Made by a program: the position numbers and the translations under genes. 64,000 nucleotides of DNA from contig CAZEEU010000001.1 in assembly GCA_964511305.1 (NCBI GenBank), forward strand, positions 127,214 to 191,213, in the 5' to 3' direction. Each line of letters starts with the position of its first letter. Position 1 is the first letter of the stretch. Under the pieces are notes generated by a model, which was not told the DNA's origin, searched no databases, and was given only the letters and a program-made list of their open reading frames with translations. Below, one piece after another: positions 9,586-19,117 of this stretch. This DNA is from an uncultured Gammaproteobacteria bacterium (lineage in GTDB: Bacteria > Patescibacteriota > Microgenomatia > Levybacterales > GWA1-39-11).

Positions 9586-10595
9586 TCTTTATATCCAACC
9601 AAGCTTTTTGCAAAAAGGTAATAGTAGTAGGTTAATCCGGGACTTCGTTTTATTTCACCTAGAAAAGCGCTATCCTTTATAACTCTTATTTTCTCTTGAA
9701 TTCTCTTTCTCTTGGCAAGAGTTGATTTCAGATTTACAACATTCCAATATATTGCCCTGTTGATGCTTAGGAAAAGGTCAAATCTACCTTTTGGAATAAA
9801 AGATAACGCTGCTGCTTCACACAATATTAAGTGCACTGGTAAGATTTTAATAAGTTCAACAGTCCCAAGGTTCTTTATATAAGAACATATTCTGTTTTTA
9901 AATGAATGAAATTGTATAAAGCCATTATTCATGGCGTTTGAAGTACCTCCAACTTTATGATGTATCACTGACTTCGGAGCATAAACAATTGAATATCCTA
10001 AAAGCCATACTCGATGACAAAAGTCGGTCTCTTCAAAATATGCAAAAAAGTCCTCATCAAATAACCCCACCCTATCGATAACTTCTTTTTTAATCATCAT
10101 GCATGCACCTTTTGCGGTATACAGATAATGAGTAGCGTCATATTTTTTCTTATCTTTTTGAAAATACCCGTAATGATAGAGAAACCCTGTACTTGTGTAA
10201 TATGCTCCAACTGAATCCAGTCTATCCGGATAATCCATGGAAAGAATTTTGCTCTGCACTACCCCTATCTTATCTTCTGCTTCAATTGCTTTAACAAGCT
10301 CAGTTACAAAATCTTTTGTGACTACCGTGTCATTGTTAAGCAACAATACATAATCCCCAGTAACCGCAGGCAGGCCCTTGTTATTACCACCAGAAAATCC
10401 TAAATTTTTCTTGCACTTTACTATTTTTATCTTTGGGAAATTCTCTTCAATATAACGTATTGAATCGTCATGGGAAGCATTATCAACAACTATCGTTTCG
10501 AGATTGGGATAGGTTACTTTCGACAATGATGGAAGACATTTTTTAAGATGAGAAAGTCCGTTCCAATTTACAATAATAATTGAGACTTTTTTCAT
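9582..10595 (-). CDS. GT2 glycosyltransferase (WbbL/rhamnosyltransferase-like)
   Basis: IIVNWN, VDNAS, NLGFSGGNN, LLNND, YFEETD. Confidence 0.9.
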   Translation of the reverse strand: MKKVSIIIVNWNGLSHLKKCLPSLSKVTYPNLETIVVDNASHDDSIRYIEENFPKIKIVKCKKNLGFSGGNNKGLPAVTGDYVLLLNNDTVVTKDFVTELVKAIEAEDKIGVVQSKILSMDYPDRLDSVGAYYTSTGFLYHYGYFQKDKKKYDATHYLYTAKGACMMIKKEVIDRVGLFDEDFFAYFEETDFCHRVWLLGYSIVYAPKSVIHHKVGGTSNAMNNGFIQFHSFKNRICSYIKNLGTVELIKILPVHLILCEAAALSFIPKGRFDLFLSINRAIYWNVVNLKSTLAKRKRIQEKIRVIKDSAFLGEIKRSPGLTYYYYLFAKSLVGYKE

Positions 10596-11287
10596 ATAGA
10601 TGCAGTCTTAACTGCCCGTATGTCAATTTCGGCAAACCCTTTATTTCTATAATCTCTTCTAACTAATGCGTCAATCAATCTATTCCTTGGTTCTTTTTTA
10701 CCTAATGCGTGTTTAAAAAAGTACAAAATTAAAATTGATAGTGTGGTATAAAAACCTGCATTATATTTTATGTCTTTTACAGTAAAACCAGACAGCTGTA
10801 GCAATGAGAGTAATTCTTTTTTTGAGTAATGTCTATGCCCAAAAAAGAATGCAGGGTCCAAAACATTAGAAAGCAAATTATTATTCATTGTATTTATAAA
10901 GAGTGTTCCATTTTTCTTCATAGAGCGATTGATATTTATTAAAGAGACTAATTCACTTCCTCTTGGTATATGCTCAATGACCATGAAATACAATACAACG
11001 TCAAATTCTTCTTTTTTAGGAAGAGCATCTACTATTGAATGTTTGTAGAATTTAAATTTAGGAAATTTTTTTGTTGCCGTTTTTAGTGGCGCACTTTCTA
11101 TATCTATTCCAGTGACATTGCACTTTTCTTTTATCATTAGTTCTTCCAATGGCCCACTCCAACAGCCGATATCTAACACTGCTTTATTAAGAATATAGGG
11201 ACGAATCCAGTTGAATAAAAAATAATGTCCTGGCACTAACACATTCTCTCCATCTCGAGAGGCAACATACTTCATTCTAGACTGCAT
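10592..11287 (-). CDS. Class I SAM-dependent methyltransferase (start uncertain: 11311, 11287 or 11275)
   Basis: VLDIGCWSG, GIDI, FDVVLYFMVIEHI, HRHY. Confidence 0.85.
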   Translation of the reverse strand: MQSRMKYVASRDGENVLVPGHYFLFNWIRPYILNKAVLDIGCWSGPLEELMIKEKCNVTGIDIESAPLKTATKKFPKFKFYKHSIVDALPKKEEFDVVLYFMVIEHIPRGSELVSLININRSMKKNGTLFINTMNNNLLSNVLDPAFFFGHRHYSKKELLSLLQLSGFTVKDIKYNAGFYTTLSILILYFFKHALGKKEPRNRLIDALVRRDYRNKGFAEIDIRAVKTASI

Positions 11288-11320
11288 ATTATAATTAAAA
11301 CATTCTATCAAACTACTCTA

Positions 11321-11349
11321 TTGATAAAAAGGAGTTGTTTGTCTAAAAT
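11321..11349 (+). promoter_or_regulatory. Sigma70-type promoter for the epimerase/membrane-protein pair
   Basis: TTGATA (11321-11326), 17-nt spacer, TAAAAT (11344-11349), 9 nt before the ATG at 11359. Confidence 0.6.
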
Positions 11350-11358
11350 CAAGATCAT

Positions 11359-12318
11359 ATGAAAGTACTAATTACCGGAGGAAATGGATTTATTGGAAGT
11401 TCGGTCGCACACAAACTTTTAAAACGAGGCTATGAAATAGGGGTACTTGATAATGATTCAAGTTTTATAAATAAGCCTAAATACCACAAAGCAGCTCTTG
11501 AGCACAGAAAAAAACTTTTTAAAAATAAAATTTCGTATAGTCTTAAAGGTGACATCCGCAACAAATCGCATGTAAAAAGAGCCTTCGATGAATTTCAGCC
11601 AAATATAGTAGTGCATTTGGCAGCAATACCAATGGCACGACCACTGCCAGAATTTGAAGAAGAGATGATTCCAATAACCCTTTATGGCACGCTAAATGTA
11701 CTTGAAGAATTTGAAAAATGTGAGTCCGCAACTAAGATTGTCTACACATCATCAAGTATGACCTATGGACATTTCACAAAGAGTCCACAGCCTGAGGATG
11801 TAATGCTTAATCCAATAAATAGTTACGGAGCCTGCAAAGCTGCTGGTGAATATTTTGTAAAACTCTCAAAGAAAGAATGGGTAATCGTCAGACCAACCTC
11901 TGTATACGGATATGCTGATGCCGCCAACAGAGTAACACAACTACTTCTGGACGCTGCACTCAATAATAAATCCGCTTGGGTTGTAAGAGGAGAAACACTC
12001 GACTTTTCCTACATCGAAGACGTTGCAGAAGGATTTGCACTTGCTGTTGAGCGCCCAAGTGCTGTATACCAAACATTTAATATTTCAAAGGGAGAACCAA
12101 GATCTGCATCAGACTTTGCTGAGATACTTAAAAAACACTTTCCTAAATTCACATATGACGTGAAAGAACCAACTGTTCAGCAAGTTTTTCGTGGAGCACA
12201 AGATATAACAAAAGCAAAGGACTTCTTGAATTTTTCTCCGAAGTTCAACATTGAGGATGGAATTGAAGATATTCTACGCCTTGTTGAAGAGTACAACTGG
12301 AAGAAAGACGCATACTAA
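11359..12318 (+). CDS. NAD-dependent sugar epimerase/dehydratase (extended SDR)
   Basis: TGGNGFIG, HLAA, SSS, YGACK (YxxxK), RPTSVYG, DFSYIEDVA. Confidence 0.9.
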   Translation: MKVLITGGNGFIGSSVAHKLLKRGYEIGVLDNDSSFINKPKYHKAALEHRKKLFKNKISYSLKGDIRNKSHVKRAFDEFQPNIVVHLAAIPMARPLPEFEEEMIPITLYGTLNVLEEFEKCESATKIVYTSSSMTYGHFTKSPQPEDVMLNPINSYGACKAAGEYFVKLSKKEWVIVRPTSVYGYADAANRVTQLLLDAALNNKSAWVVRGETLDFSYIEDVAEGFALAVERPSAVYQTFNISKGEPRSASDFAEILKKHFPKFTYDVKEPTVQQVFRGAQDITKAKDFLNFSPKFNIEDGIEDILRLVEEYNWKKDAY

Positions 12319-13808
12319 TGGTTTATTATTTAGGGGTACTCATACCTCTTCTTGGTTTTATACTTCAGGCCTACCCACGACTCATAAATAAATCCTTTGG
12401 AGTGGATGTGTGGACACGCCTCCTTGAGATTGACGCAATACGAAATGCCAACCATAGAGTTCCAGATAAAGTTGAAAAGGGATTTATTATAGAGGGACAT
12501 TTCGATTATCCTCCGGTTTTTCCTTTTATTTTTTCTTTTATCTCAAGAAAGGCTATTATTAGATTTCAAGGATACATTTCCCCTCTTATTGATTCATTTC
12601 AGACCTTTTTCGTTTTTGTTTTTTGTTATCAAATTACAAATTCACTAGCAATGTCATTGCTTGCTCAATTAATTTATATACTCACACCAATGATTGCCGT
12701 TGAGAATAGCTATCTCACTCCTCGCTCTCTCGGATACCTAACATTTACCCTAGCTTTTTATCCTCTTATCTTAAATCAACTTAATCCTTCAAACCTCACA
12801 TTATTAAGCGGCGTAATTTTCGCAGTTTTATTATTTCTCACACACAGATTCGCCTTGCAGTCTTACGTAATATTATGCCTACTCATGGGCGCACTAACGG
12901 GTTCATTGCATTTTTTTGCTATTCCCGTTGTGTCATTTATTCTCGCTGTTATTATTACCAAGGGGTACTATCTGAGGGTACTTAAAGGTCATCTATCTAA
13001 CATTTACTTCTGGGTAATAAATTATAAGTATCGCTTTGCTCATCAAATCTATGGACTCCGCGAAAGTAAAAAAAATGATTGGGTAGCGGTCGTATACAAG
13101 CTTCTTTCTGAATTCTCACCAATATTCCTTCTTTTTACAAATGTATGGGCCGCCTCTGCATTCGTTTTTATATATCTATATATTGGAACTAGCATATTCC
13201 AAGACTCTCCGATTTTAGTTTACTTTGCATTCTGGGTAGCCTTTTGCTATATCCTTGGAGCTATTATCTTAAGATTTAAAGTACTAATACCAATAGGTGA
13301 AGGTCAACGGTATCTTGAAATGGCAACGCTACCTAGTGCAATTCTCACATCATATCTTGCCTTTTACTTTTACGGCATTTACGGCACTATAGTAATTTTC
13401 CTTGGCGGATTTATACTTGCCTCCAACTTGGCCTTAATACTTTACATCCAAATAAAGGGGGTAATTAACGACAAAAATAGATCTCTTACTCCAGAACTTG
13501 AAAAAATGTATAGCTTTATTAACAGGTTGCCAGAAAAAAGACCTAGAATAATGTGCATACCTCATCAAATAACAACGATGACAGTTTTTCATACAAAGGC
13601 GGACGTATTAGTAAATGCAGACAATCCAGGTCTTATGAAACTTTCAGACTTTTACCCAATACTTAACGTAGACCTACAAACTCTTCAGAAAAAATATCAG
13701 CTAGACTATATACTTTTAAGAGAGAACTTTGCAAAGGAAAAGGATTTACCAATAAGCAAAACACAAACAATCTTTACCTCTGGGGACATTCAACTCCTTA
13801 AATTCTAA
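12318..13808 (+). CDS. Unassigned polytopic membrane protein, GT-C-like; paralog of 13805..15274
   Basis: FGVDVW, DYPP, TPRSLGY, THRF, GEGQRYLE, CIPHQITT; TAATG coupling to the epimerase. Confidence 0.7.
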   Translation: MVYYLGVLIPLLGFILQAYPRLINKSFGVDVWTRLLEIDAIRNANHRVPDKVEKGFIIEGHFDYPPVFPFIFSFISRKAIIRFQGYISPLIDSFQTFFVFVFCYQITNSLAMSLLAQLIYILTPMIAVENSYLTPRSLGYLTFTLAFYPLILNQLNPSNLTLLSGVIFAVLLFLTHRFALQSYVILCLLMGALTGSLHFFAIPVVSFILAVIITKGYYLRVLKGHLSNIYFWVINYKYRFAHQIYGLRESKKNDWVAVVYKLLSEFSPIFLLFTNVWAASAFVFIYLYIGTSIFQDSPILVYFAFWVAFCYILGAIILRFKVLIPIGEGQRYLEMATLPSAILTSYLAFYFYGIYGTIVIFLGGFILASNLALILYIQIKGVINDKNRSLTPELEKMYSFINRLPEKRPRIMCIPHQITTMTVFHTKADVLVNADNPGLMKLSDFYPILNVDLQTLQKKYQLDYILLRENFAKEKDLPISKTQTIFTSGDIQLLKF

Positions 13809-15274
13809 AGCGTAATCATTAGATAGTTACCAAATTTCTTTTCAACTGTATATTTTTTAAGCTTCAAATCCTGGATAGAAGCATATTCTTCATTAAGAAT
13901 GATTGCATCAAGATCATGTTTTTCCATAACTTTTGCTACATCAAGCTTCATATAAGGATACACATCAGAGATTTTTGAGATATTTGTATAATCTGCATTC
14001 ACAAAAACAGAGCAACCCGTGTGGTATATCACATTAGTTGTGATTTGATGCGGTATGCAAAGGAGTCGAGGCTTCTTTTTCTGACCACGCAAATATTTAA
14101 ATAACTCCTCAAGCTCTGGGGTAATTGTCCTTAATCTGTCTTTTATAATTGCTTTTCGTTGGATTACAACAATTGTTACTATGCAAAGGGCGATAATAAA
14201 TGAATACAGCCCAACCACAAAAGGGTTTTTTGCATTAAAAAATTCCAGGAAAAGTTGAGCTGCTACAAAGGCAGCTGGAAAAGCGGATAACTCAAGATAT
14301 CTCTGCCCCTCTCCAAGAAATCTTAGCTTATGAACCCACAATGTTAGAATTGCAAGCACATAGGATGTTAGCACCCAAACAATAAGATAATTTACAATTC
14401 CACTACGAGATCCTATGAAAAGATAAAAAATACTTGCTATAACCCAGGGGTTAGTAATAGCAAGAATAAAGGGAGGGAATTTAAGGAACTGGTTATATAA
14501 ATTGAATACAAAATCATTACTCGAATTTTTAGCAGGTGCACCTTTTATTTGGTGATAAAATCTAAAGTCAATTACGTTATACCAAAACTTTAGATTACCC
14601 AGATGACCACGCAGGACCTTTAAATAAAACTTTCGGGAAATAATTATGGCAAGAGTAAATGACAGCACAAAAGCAAAAATATAGCTTACAGTGCCAAAAA
14701 ATATTGAAAAGATAATTGAGTAAAAAAGAAATCCTTGAGACGTAAATCTGTGCGAAAGAAATATCAAAGATCCTACCAAAATTGCGCCAACTAATAAATA
14801 GTAATTCTGGCTAACTCCAAAGAAATATAAGAGCATAAAGGTAATTGTGAATAGAGTGTACCCAAGTGATCTTGGAGTCGCACTAGAGTTCTCAAGAACT
14901 ACAATCGGAGTAACTACATAAAGCAGTTGAGTAAGTAGTGCTAGATAAATGTTTTGAGTAAGTCCCAAAACTAAACCAAATATTAAAAAAAGGTGCAGTG
15001 AGTCAAAAATGGGTGAAAAAAGGAATTCATATTTTTCAACAATTGGTATTGGAATTCTTGATAGCAATGTAATAAATGCTGGAGGATAATCATATTCACC
15101 TGGTACTAAAAATCCGCCTTCGATTTTTTTTGGAATTCCCTTTTGTCGCTTGTACTCTTTTAAATATAACAGATGAGTCCATATATCCACGCCGAATTTA
15201 CGATTAACCAGTCTTGGATATGACTCAAACAGTATTGCAATTAATGGAACAATAAGGCCTAGCAAAATAATCAT
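13805..15274 (-). CDS. Unassigned polytopic membrane protein, GT-C-like; paralog of 12318..13808
   Basis: FGVDIW, DYPP, TPRSLGY, SHRF, GEGQRYLE, CIPHQITT. Confidence 0.7.
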   Translation of the reverse strand: MIILLGLIVPLIAILFESYPRLVNRKFGVDIWTHLLYLKEYKRQKGIPKKIEGGFLVPGEYDYPPAFITLLSRIPIPIVEKYEFLFSPIFDSLHLFLIFGLVLGLTQNIYLALLTQLLYVVTPIVVLENSSATPRSLGYTLFTITFMLLYFFGVSQNYYLLVGAILVGSLIFLSHRFTSQGFLFYSIIFSIFFGTVSYIFAFVLSFTLAIIISRKFYLKVLRGHLGNLKFWYNVIDFRFYHQIKGAPAKNSSNDFVFNLYNQFLKFPPFILAITNPWVIASIFYLFIGSRSGIVNYLIVWVLTSYVLAILTLWVHKLRFLGEGQRYLELSAFPAAFVAAQLFLEFFNAKNPFVVGLYSFIIALCIVTIVVIQRKAIIKDRLRTITPELEELFKYLRGQKKKPRLLCIPHQITTNVIYHTGCSVFVNADYTNISKISDVYPYMKLDVAKVMEKHDLDAIILNEEYASIQDLKLKKYTVEKKFGNYLMITL

Positions 15275-15282
15275 TTAAAGTT

Positions 15283-15984
15283 TTACCGAGAGCTTTTACT
15301 CCAGGCGAAAGTGAGATATGTTTCAATTGCTTTAAAACCACATGATGCGTATGCTCGAATTGCAGAAATATTCTGAATTTGAGTTTCAATCTTGGCATTA
15401 TCTCCTCCACTGTCCTTAATGTACGATAAGGCGGATTTGACGAGCATTTTACCAATCCCATTACCTTGAAATTCTTTACCAACAGCAATAAGCGGTATAT
15501 GCTCTCCCTTAATTGTCACATATCCAGCAATCATGCCGTTCTGTTCAAAAACTAAAACTCGGTCGGCAACATCTGAGGATACAGAATTTTCAACCCAGCG
15601 TTTATATATCTCTTGGGCTTTATTATTGCTAATAATTGGATCATTAAAAAATCTTGTTGAATCAAATGCATGTCCACTTATTTGTTTTAGCCGTTCTATA
15701 TCTTCTATTATTGCTTCTCTAACATTTTTTGACTCATATGTTTCAAGACTACTATTTTCAAAATTAATCGCACCATCTACAAGCAAAAAGCCATTTTTTT
15801 CTAAGGCATGCGCGATGTCTAACCTTTTTGAAGAAAATCTATAGGTGGCATATTCAATGCTACCTTCTATTAATGCAGCAACTAATCCCACAACGTCATT
15901 AGGAGAATTAATCTCAGTTATTTTAGCCGTAGAAAATCCAAGGATTTCAGTATCAAATGGGTCGTTATGCCAAGAAAATTGCAT
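15283..15984 (-). CDS. GNAT N-acetyltransferase, WecD/RffC-like (NDP-amino sugar acyltransferase)
   Basis: TRFFNDP, YKRWVENS, LIAV..FQGNGIGK, TQIQNISAIRAY..CGF. Confidence 0.85.
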   Translation of the reverse strand: MQFSWHNDPFDTEILGFSTAKITEINSPNDVVGLVAALIEGSIEYATYRFSSKRLDIAHALEKNGFLLVDGAINFENSSLETYESKNVREAIIEDIERLKQISGHAFDSTRFFNDPIISNNKAQEIYKRWVENSVSSDVADRVLVFEQNGMIAGYVTIKGEHIPLIAVGKEFQGNGIGKMLVKSALSYIKDSGGDNAKIETQIQNISAIRAYASCGFKAIETYLTFAWSKSSR

Positions 15985-17144
15985 TATTTGCTCTTGAAGT
16001 TTGTAACAATTTCAATAAGTGTATCCGCAACGTAATTTACTTCTTCGATTGTCATTTTGGGATACAAAGGAAGTGTTAGCATTTTTTTAAATACTTTTTG
16101 GGCTACTGGGAAGTCTGACGGTTTGACTTTTAAGTCTTTTTTATAGAAACTTAGTTCATAAAGTGGCATATAGTATACATTTGCCCCTATATTGCGCTTT
16201 TTCATTTCCTCAACAATTTGGTCCCTAGTAATTGTAAGTTTTGAAATGTCAATTTGAACCGTATAGAGATTTCTGGCATGTCTATTCGATGTATCGTTAT
16301 GAGGTACTCGAATTTCTGCTATTTTTGAAAATTTCTCATCATAGATAGATGCGTATTTTTGTCTAACAGCGATAAATTTATCAAGTTTTTTGAGCTGTTG
16401 AATTCCTAACGCTGCTTGGATGTCTGTCATGTTAAATTTATATCCTGGCAAAGAAACGTCATATCGCCAACTCCCAACTGCTGAATGTCTTTTCCATGCA
16501 TCTTTACTCATTCCATGAAGTCTTAAAAGACAGAGTTTGTCGTATAAATTCTTGTTGTTCGTCGTAACCATACCACCATCCCCAGTTGACATATTTTTTA
16601 TCGCATGAAATGAGAAGACCGTCGCGTCACCAATGTTACCTATTCTTGTCCCTTTATATTCTGTGCCTACCGCAGTTGCTGCATCTTCGATAATAAGCAG
16701 CTTGTATTTTTTGGCTAAACTTTTTACTTTAGCCATATCAACTGCTTGTCCTCCATAATGCATTATCATCAAAGCCTTTGTCTTTTTTGTGATTTTTTCT
16801 TCAATCTTTGAAACATCAATATTTAACGAATCCTCCATAACGTCGACAAAAATAGGTACTCCTCCAAGCTGGACAATTGGATTTGCTGTGGCAGCAAAAG
16901 TAAGAATAGTTGTTATAACTTCATCACCTTTTGAGATACCTGATGCAAGAAGTGATAGGAATAGACCTGCGGTACACGAGGACATTGCCACTGCATACTT
17001 ACTACCAACATACTTTGCAAAATCTTCTTCAAATTGATGTGTTCTCGGGCCTAATGTTACCCAGCCCGAATCCAAAGCATCGAGAACTTCATCTTTTTCC
17101 TCTTTTCCAAAAAGTGGTTGTGCAAACGGTATAAATTTATCCAT
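15984..17144 (-). CDS. DegT-family NDP-keto-sugar aminotransferase (ArnB/SpsC-like)
   Basis: SGWVTLGP, SSCTAG, EDAA, SFHAIKN (catalytic Lys at 16596-16598), GYKFNMTDIQAA, LPLYP. Confidence 0.9.
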   Translation of the reverse strand: MDKFIPFAQPLFGKEEKDEVLDALDSGWVTLGPRTHQFEEDFAKYVGSKYAVAMSSCTAGLFLSLLASGISKGDEVITTILTFAATANPIVQLGGVPIFVDVMEDSLNIDVSKIEEKITKKTKALMIMHYGGQAVDMAKVKSLAKKYKLLIIEDAATAVGTEYKGTRIGNIGDATVFSFHAIKNMSTGDGGMVTTNNKNLYDKLCLLRLHGMSKDAWKRHSAVGSWRYDVSLPGYKFNMTDIQAALGIQQLKKLDKFIAVRQKYASIYDEKFSKIAEIRVPHNDTSNRHARNLYTVQIDISKLTITRDQIVEEMKKRNIGANVYYMPLYELSFYKKDLKVKPSDFPVAQKVFKKMLTLPLYPKMTIEEVNYVADTLIEIVTNFKSK

Positions 17145-17173
17145 TTATTATTACTAATTATACATTAAATATT

Positions 17174-18283
17174 TTACTTGCCAGGTCTAATTTGACCATT
17201 TATTAGCTTGAAGCTCTCCCTACCAGCTTCTTCCCAACTAAATTTCTTTGACCACAATATTGCTTCTTTACACATTTTTTTGTACGTCAAATCATCTTCC
17301 AGTAGAGATAATGTTCCGGAGTACAAGCTTTCGATATTTTGTTCAACCAACCTTCCCGTCTTGCCATCAACAATAGAATCTACAAGTCCTGCAACTCTAT
17401 ATCCAATTGCCGGAGTTCCAACCGAGTTTGCCTCAATAACATTAAGTCCCCACCCTTCTTTAATGGATGGGTGAATGAGTAATTTGGACTTAGATAATAT
17501 ACTGAATTTTTGATCTTCAGTTACAAATCCCACAATCGTACAGTACTGACCAAGCTTCCTTTTCTTGATCATATTCACAATATGATCTTGATACTGTTCT
17601 GACTCACTTTTACCAATTATGGTCAGATGAACATTCTTATGTTTTTTGGAGATTCTATCTACAACTTCGATTGCATCTTCGATACCTTTGTCCTTTGATA
17701 TTCTTGCCAAAAAAACGAGGTTATGCGGAATTTTCTTTGCAACTAATGATCTTTTCCATGGTGTAAATCCATGATGAATGACATGTATCTTTTTTGAAGA
17801 AAGCCCTACTTTTAAAAGATCGTCTCGTGCTGACTCAGAGCCAGTTATAAAAGATTGTTTTTTGTATTTTCTAATAATAAAAGGTTCCAAAATAAATCCA
17901 ATTGCTGCAAGAGGGAAAAAAAGATTCTCAAACCAAATTTTACCGGCAACCTCATTAATAAGACCAATTACTTTAGGTTTGCCTCTATAAAAAATCGAGA
18001 AATATGGGAAGAAGTGAAAACAATCAATAATAACATCGTAATGTTTTTTGCTTCGCAAGAAGAAAATGAAAAATTGTATAAAACTTGTAAAGTGACTACC
18101 TCGACGTATATATAGAATTCCGTCCTTATTCTCCTCTCCCTTGCTCCCTTTGTAGCTTGAGGCACACCATGTAATTTGTGCCCCCTTGCTCTTCCAATAT
18201 GAAGCGTGGTGAAATAGTGATATCTCGGCGCCACCAGCTAACGGATGTTGTGGATCTCGCCAGTTGAGGATTAGTATGTTCAT
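17174..18283 (-). CDS. GT4 glycosyltransferase
   Basis: NWRD..HP.AGGAE, KGIED, EGWGLNVIEA; start set at the ATGA overlap (ORF track 18298). Confidence 0.9.
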   Translation of the reverse strand: MNILILNWRDPQHPLAGGAEISLFHHASYWKSKGAQITWCASSYKGSKGEENKDGILYIRRGSHFTSFIQFFIFFLRSKKHYDVIIDCFHFFPYFSIFYRGKPKVIGLINEVAGKIWFENLFFPLAAIGFILEPFIIRKYKKQSFITGSESARDDLLKVGLSSKKIHVIHHGFTPWKRSLVAKKIPHNLVFLARISKDKGIEDAIEVVDRISKKHKNVHLTIIGKSESEQYQDHIVNMIKKRKLGQYCTIVGFVTEDQKFSILSKSKLLIHPSIKEGWGLNVIEANSVGTPAIGYRVAGLVDSIVDGKTGRLVEQNIESLYSGTLSLLEDDLTYKKMCKEAILWSKKFSWEEAGRESFKLINGQIRPGK

Positions 18284-19056
18284 TTTCCTTGTAGCCAATT
18301 TTTTTGATTACTTTTTCTATAGTATTTAATAATTCTAACTCTATAAAATACAGCGAGAGTATCCCACAGCATATGAAGAACGACCGTCCATAGAGTTGTT
18401 GAGGTTATTGTATTTGCCCCTTTAAATCGAAGCTTAATGGGAGCCTCATAGATTCTTTTGTAGCCAAGAGCATAGGCAAGTGCAAAAATTTCGACATCAA
18501 ATGCAAAAGTCTTGACTAAAAGTCTTGGAAAAACATCCCGCACTACCTTTGCTTTGTAAAACTTTATGCCTGTTTGGGTATCTCTTAATTTAAATCCGAA
18601 TAAAATACGGGTAAAAGTCCGGTATCCCCAGGAAAGAATTTTTCTGTAAAATGGGTAATCAACCTTAGAAACAGGGTGCATCTTGCTTCCAACAATAATA
18701 TCAGCATCGTACCAAATCATATGATTTAAGAGCATGGAGACACCAGTTGGATCAATATCTAACCCCGCATCCATAAAGCCTATTATGTCTCCGCTTGCCT
18801 TCAGAGCTCCATAACGCACAGCATATCCTTTCCCTTGGTTGAATTTATATTGATAAACTTTAACCCGGGACGAGGCATGTCTTTTGATTCGTTCATATGT
18901 ATCATCAAGCATGCCATCTACTACAACTATTATTTCAAATGAATAGTCTAGTTCTTCCATTACAGATACCAGCTTTTTGACATTTTGAACAATTGTCTTT
19001 TCTTGTTTGTAAGCAGGAATAATGAGGGAAATTGTTTGAAGTTTTCTTTTAGGCAT
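18280..19056 (-). CDS. GT2, polyprenol-phosphate glycosyltransferase-like (Alg5/DPM-type)
   Basis: IIPAY, VVDG, NQGKGYAV, FMDAG, DTQTGIK, FAFDVE. Confidence 0.85.
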   Translation of the reverse strand: MPKRKLQTISLIIPAYKQEKTIVQNVKKLVSVMEELDYSFEIIVVVDGMLDDTYERIKRHASSRVKVYQYKFNQGKGYAVRYGALKASGDIIGFMDAGLDIDPTGVSMLLNHMIWYDADIIVGSKMHPVSKVDYPFYRKILSWGYRTFTRILFGFKLRDTQTGIKFYKAKVVRDVFPRLLVKTFAFDVEIFALAYALGYKRIYEAPIKLRFKGANTITSTTLWTVVLHMLWDTLAVFYRVRIIKYYRKSNQKNWLQGK

Positions 19057-19069
19057 TGGCTTTTTTGAT

Positions 19070-19098
19070 ATTTTAAGTTAGTGCTTGTGATTAAGCAA
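19070..19098 (-). promoter_or_regulatory. Sigma70-type promoter upstream of the GT2 starting at 19056
   Basis: Minus strand TTGCTT (19093-19098), 17-nt spacer, TAAAAT (19070-19075). Confidence 0.5.
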
Positions 19099-19117
19099 TG
19101 GCTCAGTTAAATATAAG

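Noticed and set aside
12318-15274. STT3/PglB/AglB oligosaccharyltransferase, or a DNA-level invertible repeat
   Set aside because: No WWDYG motif. The similarity is evident at protein level with diverged codons, and there is no recombinase nearby.
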